Source of the DNA: Myxococcales bacterium
GTDB lineage: Bacteria; Myxococcota_A; Polyangia; Polyangiales; DASUME01
Reading direction: 5' to 3'
NCBI GenBank assembly: GCA_047601445.1
Contig: JASGJH010000001.1
Span: 2,016,001-2,080,000 of the forward strand
DNA: 64,000 nucleotides
A model generated the notes under the pieces. The model was not told the DNA's origin. It did no database searches and saw only the letters and a list, made by a program, of their open reading frames with translations. Of the stretch, positions 35,714 to 44,099 are shown one piece after another (the first letter of the stretch is position 1; every line of letters begins with the position of its first letter). Made by a program: the position numbers and the translations under genes.

Positions 35714-36067
35714 ATGACCCTGCGCCAGGTCACGGGCGACTTAGGAGAGTCGCTCGTGGCGGCGCATCTAGAGCGTCACGGCTTCCAGATCGTGGCCCGC
35801 AACGCGCGGGTCGGACGGCTGGAGCTCGATGTGATCGCAAAGCGTGACGACCTGCTGGTGTTTTGCGAAGTCAGAGCACGCCGCAGTCGGGCATTCTTGA
35901 ACCCCATCGAGTCTATCGACCACCAGAAGGTAGCGCGCATCCGCCGCGCAGCTGCCCAGTGGCTGGCCGCACATCCCCAGGGGACGCGCCAGATTCGCTT
36001 CGACGCAGCGGCCGTCGTCTTCGACCGCGAGCCACCGGCGATCGAGTACTACGAAGCGGCTTTTTAG
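35714..36067 (+). CDS. yraN: YraN (UPF0102) family protein
   Basis: GDLGE...L...GFQIVARN...ELDVIA...LVFCEVR...IRFD...YEAAF. Confidence 0.9.
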   Translation: MTLRQVTGDLGESLVAAHLERHGFQIVARNARVGRLELDVIAKRDDLLVFCEVRARRSRAFLNPIESIDHQKVARIRRAAAQWLAAHPQGTRQIRFDAAAVVFDREPPAIEYYEAAF

Positions 36068-36096
36068 GGGACCTGCGGCGGGGGGCGGCCAGGAGC

Positions 36097-36717
36097 TCAG
36101 TCGAGCTCGGCCTGCATACGCTCGCGGATCTGCCGGAAGGTGGTGAGGACCTCCTGCGGCGTGCCTGCTTTTTCCGCCTTCACCAGCGCCTCGTCGAGCA
36201 GGGCGATCTCGCCCGCCTGACGTGAGCGCAGGGTGTTGACCATGTCGTTGAAGGCGTTGAACACGTCCTGCAGTTCGTCGCCCTTGCGCAGCCCACCGTC
36301 CACCCGCAGGTGTCCGGCCGCGACCCGAGCGAGCAACAGGCGCATCTTGTAGGCCGGTCCGACCATCTTGTGGGTCACCACGATGCCCGTGAGCGCCAGT
36401 GCGATGACCAGCGCGGCGATGCCACCCACGATGCCCACCAAGATCTGCTGGTCACGCTGCTTGCCGAACGCCTCGAGGCTGGCGACTGCCTGCGGGTCCA
36501 AGTCCGGCTGCATGGCGAGCTGGACCTGCATGGCTTCGGTCTGGCCCTGAGATTCGCGATAGGCGAGCGCGCCCAGGATGGAGGCGACGATCAGGGTCAC
36601 GCCGACCACCATGCCGGTGTATTTGAGCTGAAAGCGCTTATCGAGGAGGTAGTTCCTCAGTTTGCGCTTCGGTGCACCTGCAGCGGGACGCACCGACCTG
36701 GCTTCGACGCCCATCAC
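36097..36717 (-). CDS. Two-TM HAMP-domain membrane protein
   Basis: RNYLLDKRFQLKY, two TM helices, THKMVGP...LRKGDELQDVFNAFNDMV. Confidence 0.8.
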   Translation of the reverse strand: MMGVEARSVRPAAGAPKRKLRNYLLDKRFQLKYTGMVVGVTLIVASILGALAYRESQGQTEAMQVQLAMQPDLDPQAVASLEAFGKQRDQQILVGIVGGIAALVIALALTGIVVTHKMVGPAYKMRLLLARVAAGHLRVDGGLRKGDELQDVFNAFNDMVNTLRSRQAGEIALLDEALVKAEKAGTPQEVLTTFRQIRERMQAELD

Positions 36718-36778
36718 CTAACTCTCCCGTTTCTCGAGACTAGGCCAAGGCCCACATGTACACAACAAAGCGCGTGTT

Positions 36779-37657
36779 TCATTCAGCACGCGCCAAACCG
36801 GCCTGCATGGCCTGCGGCAGCCGCCGCAGAGCGCCCGTGAAAGCCGCCTGGACGGCCTGCACCTTGGCGGCCTCGGTGGTACCGCCTCCCGAAACGGTGG
36901 CGGCGCCCGAGAGCATGGCCCTGATGTCGCGGCCCGGATAGGTGCCGATCACCACGGAAACCTGCGCGCGCACCGAGCCGTCGGGTCGCGCTTCCACCTT
37001 GGTCACGGAGCTATCCACGAAGTACCCGACCAGCTTGGCCGAGCCGATCACCTTTTGGGCTGCCTTCTGGTCCTCGTTCTCCGGGGCCAGCCGCACGCCC
37101 TGCATCTGCGTGACCTCCTTGACCACGTGCTCACGCAGCGCGTGCAAGGCTGGCTGCGAGAGGCCGACCTGGCTGCCCGGCACCCCCACCCCCACGTAGT
37201 AGGTCGCCGGTCCCGATGGCGCGTAGCTCGTGGACGACGAGGAGCTACCGGAGGTCGACTTGGTGGCGCCGCTGCTGGCGGCAGCAGAGGCGACTGCGCC
37301 CAGCGAATCGAGGGCGCCGCGCACGGCGGCACGCACCGAGCTGTCACGGTCGTTTTGGGCGACCTTCAAGGCCGAGATGGCCGTGGGATCTTTCAGGCGT
37401 CCCAGGGAAGCGGCGCTCGCTGCGCGTACCGCGGGGTGCTCGTCCGACAGGGCCTTCGAGAGCGCCTGCGTGACCGCGGCGGCCTGCTGCTGTCCGCCGA
37501 GGGCCAACGCAGCCTGCGTGCGAACCCTGAACTGCGCCGAAGTACCCAACATCCGGATCAGGAAATCGGTCCTGGCGTCTGCCGCGGCCACACCCGAGAA
37601 CAGCGAGCCACAGGCCAGTAAGACGGCTACGAGGAGGAAGTTGCGACGAGGCACCAT
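36779..37657 (-). CDS. Secreted HEAT-repeat protein
   Basis: Signal peptide; VRTQAALALG, LSDEHPAVRAASAASLG, DSSVRAAV; Ser-rich linker and C-terminal alpha/beta domain. Confidence 0.75.
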   Translation of the reverse strand: MVPRRNFLLVAVLLACGSLFSGVAAADARTDFLIRMLGTSAQFRVRTQAALALGGQQQAAAVTQALSKALSDEHPAVRAASAASLGRLKDPTAISALKVAQNDRDSSVRAAVRGALDSLGAVASAAASSGATKSTSGSSSSSTSYAPSGPATYYVGVGVPGSQVGLSQPALHALREHVVKEVTQMQGVRLAPENEDQKAAQKVIGSAKLVGYFVDSSVTKVEARPDGSVRAQVSVVIGTYPGRDIRAMLSGAATVSGGGTTEAAKVQAVQAAFTGALRRLPQAMQAGLARAE

Positions 37658-37980
37658 TCGCACTGAGTTTCGGACCGGGCTCACGCGACGCTCCGCGGGC
37701 AAGTGGGACCGCGCGAGTCGCCGCGCGGGCAAGTCCTGGTGACGCTGGAGTCGAAGCGGGCGGTTCCGCCCGCGAGCAAAACCGGAGCGCTGAACTTGAC
37801 GCTGATAGTGCGCATCGAAAGGTATGAACGGACCGCCACGAGCGAAGCTTCAGCGAGTATGGCAGTCGGCCGTGCGAAGCCGCAACGATGATTGTCCCCT
37901 GGATCGCAAGGCGGTGGGATGCTGTGCGTGCGGGCGGTGTTTGCTGCAACAACGTCGCGGAATTCGGCTACCTTGACGGC

Positions 37981-39684
37981 GTGTTACTGCGCACCAAGGC
38001 AACGCTCTCGGGACTGCTGGTGGGCCTGAGTTTTGGGATGGCAGCCCACGCGCGCGCGGAGCCTTTGGTGCGCGTCAGAGCCGAAAGCCGGATTGAGTTA
38101 GGTGTCGCCCACCAGGATGTGGGTATGTCGATCAGCGGCGCTCTACGGGACGAGCTCGGCAACCCTCTGCGCGCGCGGGCGATGGGCATCGAAGCCTTCG
38201 CGATCGGTGACGAAGCGCATCCACTCCGCAACCAGCTGACCACCGACGATGCGGGTCGGTTTGCGCTCGAGCTACCCGACACGGAGCACGATTACCGTCT
38301 GTTGGCCACCTTTGCGGGCGATGCCACTCACCGCGGCGTGCGCGTCGAACGCCGCGTCGAGCGCGCCCGCGCCGACGTCCGACTGGAGCTGCGACTGCCC
38401 AGCGAGAGCACGCTCGATCTCGATGCGCCGAACCTGATGGTGGACGCCATCGCCGAGTCGGACGCAGGAGGCGACGGCATCGCGATGCGACTCTCCGACG
38501 AAGAGGGACGCACCGTGGCGAGCGGGGTCACCGGTCCGGACGGGAGGCTGTCGCTGCGGATCTCACCCGACTCGGCAGGCTCGCCAGGCCCGGGCCTGCT
38601 GCGGCTCGAGTCGGCGCGGGACGATCGGCGGGCCGAGGCGCAGACTGAAGCGCGCGTGGTTCGGCGTCGCGCGGTGTTCATCGAGATGCGGCCGGACGGC
38701 GAGCACTTCGAGGCCGGCAGCTTGCTCAGGGTGAGAGGCCACGTGCGCACCCGGGTCGGCCCGCGCGACGGGGTGCCGGTGGGGCTGTATGCGGGCGAGA
38801 GCCACCTGGAGACCGTCCTCACCAATACTCAGGGCGACTTCGTGGCGGAGCTATGGATCGACGCAGCGCCGGGTGAGCTCGCGATTCAAGCGCGCACGGA
38901 GGCCGACGCCACCGGGGCATACCCCGCGGCCGAAACACAGCTCGTGGTCCACATCGAACCACCCCAGCCAGTGCCCGTGCTGTGGCTGGTTGGCGCAAGC
39001 GCACTGCTGGCGGGCCTGTTGTTCCTGCTCGGCCGGGCCCGGCGCGAACGCGGCGAGCTCGAACCGGCCGCCAACATGGAGAACCTGGGCTCGAGCGTCC
39101 ACCCTGCCCGGCGCCACGGCCGGCGGGACCGCCACCGCATCAACGGTCGCGCGGTGCAGGCGCGCAGCGACGCCCCCCTGGCCCATGCAAGCATCCAGAT
39201 CGTCCACGAACAAGCCATGGGCTCCTGCACCTTGGTGTCCGATGCTCACGGTCGCTTCGCCTCCCCTGTCCTGCCCGCCGGCCGGGCGCGCATGCTGGTG
39301 GATGCCCCCGGCCACGTGGCCACCCAGGTGGAGCTCGAGATCCCGCACCGCGGCGAATGGACGTCTTTCGTGGTCAGGCTCGAGAGCCTGCGGGACCGCG
39401 CGCTGTCGCCCTTCCGGCGGCTGACCATGCGGGTGCTCCCCTCCCCTCGCGCCTGGGGCATCTGGACCAACCGCGAGGCGCGCGAGTGGCTCGCTCAGCG
39501 CGCCCCCGCGCAACAGGCGATGCTCGGGCAGCTGACCGCAGACGTCGAACGTGCGTGCTATGCGCGCGAGGACCCGTCGGAAGCCGAGGTCGCACAGATC
39601 GAGCAGTCCTCGACGCTGATCGAAGGCAGTATTTCGACTGACAACCGCCGGGAATCCGCTGAAGAAACGCGTGCGGTGCGTTGA
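37981..39684 (+). CDS. Hypothetical membrane protein with beta-sandwich/carboxypeptidase-regulatory-like domains
   Basis: Signal peptide; repeated (T/S)D..GRF-like motifs (TTDDAGRF, TGPDGRL, TNTQGDF, SDAHGRF); one internal TM helix. Confidence 0.65.
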   Translation: MLLRTKATLSGLLVGLSFGMAAHARAEPLVRVRAESRIELGVAHQDVGMSISGALRDELGNPLRARAMGIEAFAIGDEAHPLRNQLTTDDAGRFALELPDTEHDYRLLATFAGDATHRGVRVERRVERARADVRLELRLPSESTLDLDAPNLMVDAIAESDAGGDGIAMRLSDEEGRTVASGVTGPDGRLSLRISPDSAGSPGPGLLRLESARDDRRAEAQTEARVVRRRAVFIEMRPDGEHFEAGSLLRVRGHVRTRVGPRDGVPVGLYAGESHLETVLTNTQGDFVAELWIDAAPGELAIQARTEADATGAYPAAETQLVVHIEPPQPVPVLWLVGASALLAGLLFLLGRARRERGELEPAANMENLGSSVHPARRHGRRDRHRINGRAVQARSDAPLAHASIQIVHEQAMGSCTLVSDAHGRFASPVLPAGRARMLVDAPGHVATQVELEIPHRGEWTSFVVRLESLRDRALSPFRRLTMRVLPSPRAWGIWTNREAREWLAQRAPAQQAMLGQLTADVERACYAREDPSEAEVAQIEQSSTLIEGSISTDNRRESAEETRAVR

Positions 39685-39777
39685 CTCGGCACAGGTCCCG
39701 TTCTTATATGCGGGCTCATCGAGAGCTTCGCGCGCGCGCTCGCGCGCCTCGGCTCATCGAGCGATGCAGAGGGTGAC

Positions 39778-41046
39778 ATGGGTTCCGAGTTGATCATCGC
39801 GCTAGTGGTCGTCGCCGTGGTGGTGGCCGTCCTCATATTCGCGCGCTCCAAGACGCCAAAGCTGCCACCGGCTCAGCCGCCGGAGGCCCTTCCGCCCACG
39901 GCGGCGCCTCGCGCAACTCCGGCGGCCCCGGCCAAGCCCGCCGCAGCCCCCGCCGCGAAGCCCGCGGCCCCGGGCAAGCCCGCTGCCAAGGAACCCGAGA
40001 TCTCGGTCGACGAGCCGGTCCGCGGCACCATGGAGCTCACACGGGACGAGCTGGTCACCCCTCCCCCGCCTCCGCCCCGCTTCCGTGAGCCGGAGCCCAA
40101 GCGTCCCTCCGCCGAAGATCTCGCCTCCCTCAAGAAGGGCCTGGCATCCACGCGCGGCGGCTTCATCGCGCGCCTATCGCGGCTCTTCGGCGGCAAGCCC
40201 GAGATCGATCCCCAGCTGATCGAGCAGATCGAAGAAGTGCTGATCACTGCTGACATCGGGACGAAGACCACCCAACGCATCCTCGACCGCCTGCGCGATC
40301 GCCTCTCACGCAAGGAACTCACCGACGAAGAGCGCGTGTGGGCTTCGCTGCGCGACGAGGCGCGCTCGATCCTCGGCTCGAGCACCGGTCGACTGGCCTT
40401 CAAGGGTCGTCCTGCCGTGCTGCTCGTGATCGGCGTGAACGGCGTCGGAAAGACCACCACCATCGGCAAGTTGGCCAGCCGGCTTTCAGCGCAGGGCGCC
40501 AAAATCATGCTCGTGGCCGCCGATACCTTCCGCGCAGCAGCCGTGCTGCAGCTCGAAGTGTGGGGCAAGCGCGTAGGTTGCCCCGTAGTGAAGGGCAAAG
40601 AGAACGCCGATCCGTCCTCCGTGGTGTTCGATGCGCTCAAGCGCGCCGAAAGCGAGGGGATCGATCTCGTGATCGTCGACACCGCCGGGCGCTTGCACAC
40701 CAAGGCTCCCCTCATGGAGGAGCTCAAGAAGCTGGGGCGCACGGTGGAGAAAGCGCTGGGGCGACCGGCCGATGAGATCTTGTTGGTGCTCGACTCCACC
40801 AATGGTCAGAACGCGCTTCAGCAGGCAGCGATGTTCCGCGAGGCTCTACCGATTACCGGCATTGTTCTCACCAAGTTGGACGGAACAGCCAAAGGTGGCG
40901 TGGTCCTGGGCATCGTAGACGAGCAACAACTGCCCATTCGGTTCATTGGCATCGGTGAACGAGTGGAGGATCTTCGCGAGTTCGACCCCCAGAGCTTCGT
41001 GGATGCGTTGTTCGAGAGACCCGACAGCGAGACGTCCGCTGCGTAG
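39778..41046 (+). CDS. ftsY: Signal recognition particle receptor FtsY with an N-terminal TM anchor
   Basis: GVNGVGKTTTIGKL, DTFRAAA, DTAGR, TKLDGTAKGG. Confidence 0.97.
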   Translation: MGSELIIALVVVAVVVAVLIFARSKTPKLPPAQPPEALPPTAAPRATPAAPAKPAAAPAAKPAAPGKPAAKEPEISVDEPVRGTMELTRDELVTPPPPPPRFREPEPKRPSAEDLASLKKGLASTRGGFIARLSRLFGGKPEIDPQLIEQIEEVLITADIGTKTTQRILDRLRDRLSRKELTDEERVWASLRDEARSILGSSTGRLAFKGRPAVLLVIGVNGVGKTTTIGKLASRLSAQGAKIMLVAADTFRAAAVLQLEVWGKRVGCPVVKGKENADPSSVVFDALKRAESEGIDLVIVDTAGRLHTKAPLMEELKKLGRTVEKALGRPADEILLVLDSTNGQNALQQAAMFREALPITGIVLTKLDGTAKGGVVLGIVDEQQLPIRFIGIGERVEDLREFDPQSFVDALFERPDSETSAA

Positions 41047-41083
41047 TTTTCGCCCCCGCGTGGGACCACGCAGTTCGACGCCG

Positions 41084-41113
41084 TTGATTGTGTGAGATTC
41101 ACCGTGATATAGT
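41084..41113 (+). promoter_or_regulatory. Sigma70-type promoter (extended -10) for the barrel pair
   Basis: TTGATT (41084-41089), N18, TATAGT (41108-41113), with TG at 41105-41106. Confidence 0.6.
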
Positions 41114-41254
41114 CGCCGGCGCTTTGCGTTTAACGGCAGATTCCCGAGCGATTTCAAAAGGTTGCGCCCCGATCAGCCTGAGCACAAAGATGTGTCGTCA
41201 ATGCATGTAGATGCCGCGGATAGGGTCGCTGTGCGGAGTTTCAAAGAGGTATGC

Positions 41255-42193
41255 ATGACTAAGTCTCGATTGGTGGCGTGGCTCGCGCTTATCGTTAGCT
41301 CCCAAGTAAGCGCGTTAGCCTCCGCCCAGGACATGAGCTTCGGCCTCGAAGAGACGGAATCGGCCGGTGCAGAAGGTGACGCCGCGGGTGAAGCGGCGAC
41401 TAGTGGAGAGGCGGAGGGTAGTGCCGGTGGCGATGTCATCGGCGACCTGGCGGGCGATGACAGCTCGTCCACACCGAAGGCTGCAGCGCAGTCGACGGGC
41501 CCGAAGCTCAAGGAAGTCAGCGAGGAGATCTATGCGGTGCAGCAGATTTACGCGCTGCGCAACAACCGCCTGGAGTTGATGCCCTCGTTCGGCTTCACCT
41601 TGAACGATCCCTACGTGAGCCACCCGAACATCGGCGTCGGTCTCAACTACTGGATCACCAACGTGCTCGCGGTTGGCGCGAACATGAACTGGTACCAGGG
41701 CCTGGAGGACGAGTCGGATCTCAACTTCCACGTGCGTCGTTCGACGCGCCTCGCCACGCGCCCAACCGAGTTCCAGTTCGGCGCTTCCTTGAACTTCACG
41801 TACGTGCCCTTCTACGGCAAGTTCTCGATGTTCAACCGCTACATCTTCCAGTGGGACGCCTACGTGGTCGGCGGCGTCGGCGTCATGCGCACGCGCCCGG
41901 TTCCGGTGGTGGATCCCGAGTACCGCAGCTTCGACTACTCCTACAAGTTGTCGATCGGCAACCCCGGCATCGGCTTGCGCATCTTCCTCAGCAAGTGGCT
42001 CACCGTGTTCATGGAGGGCCGCACCTATCCCTATCTCGAGAAACTCGAGAACTTGTCTGTCGCGCTCGGAGCGGACCGCAAGAGTCCGTCTACTTGGAAG
42101 GACAGCTCGAACACCCTGGTATGGAACGTGGTCGCTTCAGTGGGCATGACCATCTACTTCCCCTTCAAGTTCGACTACAAGCTGCCCAAGTAA
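41255..42193 (+). CDS. Myxobacterial outer-membrane beta-barrel protein, GltA/GltB type (first of pair)
   Basis: Signal peptide, acidic linker, YAVQQ...NRLELMPSFGFTLNDPY, VPFYGKFS, C-terminal aromatic strand GMTIYFP. Which of gltA/gltB it is cannot be decided from sequence alone. Confidence 0.8.
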   Translation: MTKSRLVAWLALIVSSQVSALASAQDMSFGLEETESAGAEGDAAGEAATSGEAEGSAGGDVIGDLAGDDSSSTPKAAAQSTGPKLKEVSEEIYAVQQIYALRNNRLELMPSFGFTLNDPYVSHPNIGVGLNYWITNVLAVGANMNWYQGLEDESDLNFHVRRSTRLATRPTEFQFGASLNFTYVPFYGKFSMFNRYIFQWDAYVVGGVGVMRTRPVPVVDPEYRSFDYSYKLSIGNPGIGLRIFLSKWLTVFMEGRTYPYLEKLENLSVALGADRKSPSTWKDSSNTLVWNVVASVGMTIYFPFKFDYKLPK

Positions 42194-42244
42194 GCCCTGA
42201 AAGCGCCAACGATGCCTACCATCCAATCGCAATCGAGGAAGTCT

Positions 42245-43174
42245 ATGAACACTGCATCGCGCTTTGTCCTGGGGCTGCTACTGGCAGCTGCAGGCTTCTT
42301 GCTCGACGCATCCGACGTCAAAGCCCAGGAGGTCCAGGTCACGGGTCCTCTGGCAGGTCAGCCGGCAGTGCGTCACATGCGCATTTACCGCGACGGGCGC
42401 TTTCAGATTCAGCCGTCTTTCGGTGTGACCATCGCAGACGACTTCGCCCGCGCCATGTTGGCGGGCGTGCAGCTTGGCTACCACTTCACGGACTGGATCG
42501 GCCTGAGCGCGTTCTTCGACTACAACTTGGTCCAGGGCGGCGGCATCGGTAACACCGGCCTCACCGACCAGATCACCGACCACGGCCAGACCACCAACCT
42601 GAACCGTCTGAGCTTGCCCAGCGCCGCTGGCTTCTCCGATCAGGTCGGCCGCATCAACTACCTGGCCGGTGTGCAGGCCACCTTCATCCCGCTCCGCGGC
42701 AAGCTCTCGCTGTTCCAGGCGCTGTTCGTCGATACGGACTTCTACCTGTTCGGCGGCGTGGCCTTCGCGGGCGTCGAAGAGCGCCAGAACATCCTCAAGA
42801 ACGCGATGGGCGACACGGCCTGTGACAACGCGCAGTTCGAGTCGGCGTCCAGCACGCCCGGCGCCGCTGCACAGTGCGTCCAGACCCAGAGCGCCCGCGC
42901 TTCGCGCATGGCCATCGCCCCCACCTTCGGCGTGGGCTTGTCCATGTACTTCACGGACTACTTGGCGCTGACCCTCGAGTACCGCGCGTTCCCCTTCAAG
43001 TGGAACACCTCGGGCACCGACGAAGGCGGTCAGAACAAGAACCGCCAGGCCGACAACAGCGGTCAGTTCCCCGATGGCCAGATCAACGAGGCCGACCGCA
43101 TCTTCCACTTCAACCAGATGTTCAAACTCGGCTTGGCCTTCTACCTGCCCTTCCAGGGCCGGATCACCGAATAG
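42245..43174 (+). CDS. Myxobacterial outer-membrane beta-barrel protein, GltA/GltB type (second of pair)
   Basis: Signal peptide; RDGRFQIQPSFGVTIADDF, GYHFTDW, IPLRGKLSLF, DFYLFGG, GLAFYLP. Confidence 0.8.
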   Translation: MNTASRFVLGLLLAAAGFLLDASDVKAQEVQVTGPLAGQPAVRHMRIYRDGRFQIQPSFGVTIADDFARAMLAGVQLGYHFTDWIGLSAFFDYNLVQGGGIGNTGLTDQITDHGQTTNLNRLSLPSAAGFSDQVGRINYLAGVQATFIPLRGKLSLFQALFVDTDFYLFGGVAFAGVEERQNILKNAMGDTACDNAQFESASSTPGAAAQCVQTQSARASRMAIAPTFGVGLSMYFTDYLALTLEYRAFPFKWNTSGTDEGGQNKNRQADNSGQFPDGQINEADRIFHFNQMFKLGLAFYLPFQGRITE

Positions 43175-43208
43175 CCCGAGCGTCCGGGCCTCAAGCCCCG
43201 AACGCACG

Positions 43209-43247
43209 AACGCGCTGGTGAGCTCTTCACCAGCGCGTTTTGCTTTT
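43209..43247 (+). terminator. Rho-independent terminator
   Basis: AACGCGCTGGTGA-GCTCT-TCACCAGCGCGTT then TTGCTTTT, 35 bp after the stop. Confidence 0.85.
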
Positions 43248-43278
43248 GGGGGCTGCCCCTTCCGAGTGGTTCCGAGAG

Positions 43279-43995
43279 CTAGCGGCGACGCGGAAGCCCG
43301 CTGGGATCGAGCGCAAAGCCATCGGGCAGACGGCCAGCCCGTGCCGGATCCACGGACCAGGCGCGCGTGGTGAAGCCGTCGAGCAGTCGGGCCTTGGTGC
43401 GCATGCTGTCCTCGCGGCCCAGGAGCTCCAGGAGCGCCTCGCGGGCCTCCGACGCGTCTTCCTCCTGTGCGAACAGCGCCCCCACGGCGTGGAAGCGAGC
43501 CGTCTCGTTCACGTCCTTGAGGAAGGGCAAAACCACCTGGACCACACCCGGCCCCCGCCGGCTCTCGAGCTCGGCCAAGAGCTGCAGCTTGCGGGTGGGG
43601 TCGCGCTCGTACTCGGTATCCATGGAGCCCATCAGCTCGAGCAGGATGGCCAACACATCGTCGGCCGGGAGTACGCGGTCCAGCATCTTGAGCGGCCACG
43701 AGAGCGACTCGGACTTGCGGATGAAGCGCTTCAGCGGAGCCGCAGCCAGGGTGCCCTTGGCCACGATGGACTCGAAGACGCTGTCCTTCTCCTCCTGGTC
43801 CGTGATGCTCGGATCCACATAGAAGGTGAAGCGGTGCAAGAGCGCTTCGATGGCTTCTTCACTCTCGATGCGCGAGAGGGCCTGCAGGGCCTCCCAGCGA
43901 TCGGGCGCCATCCCCCGCTTGTCGGCGGCCTTGACGGCCAGCTTCTGGACCGGAGAGGAAGGGCTTTTCTTATTTAGGAAGTCGAACAGTCCCAC
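43279..43995 (-). CDS. Cytoplasmic HEAT-repeat protein
   Basis: GLFDFL start; DRWEALQAL, PFLKDVNETARFHAVGAL. Start codon uncertain. Confidence 0.7.
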   Translation of the reverse strand: MGLFDFLNKKSPSSPVQKLAVKAADKRGMAPDRWEALQALSRIESEEAIEALLHRFTFYVDPSITDQEEKDSVFESIVAKGTLAAAPLKRFIRKSESLSWPLKMLDRVLPADDVLAILLELMGSMDTEYERDPTRKLQLLAELESRRGPGVVQVVLPFLKDVNETARFHAVGALFAQEEDASEAREALLELLGREDSMRTKARLLDGFTTRAWSVDPARAGRLPDGFALDPSGLPRRR

Positions 43996-44099
43996 GAGAT
44001 TGGCGATGGCTTACCCGACCCCCAAGCCGACCGCAACGCGTTTGCCGTGGGGAGCCTCGATCGGAACCGTGCGGCTCCGTAGGCCCGCCCACGCGGCGT

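Noticed and set aside
39681..39710. Possible ftsY promoter, TTGACT followed by TTATAT/TATATG
   Set aside because: The -10 element is a poor fit at either spacing; too weak to call.
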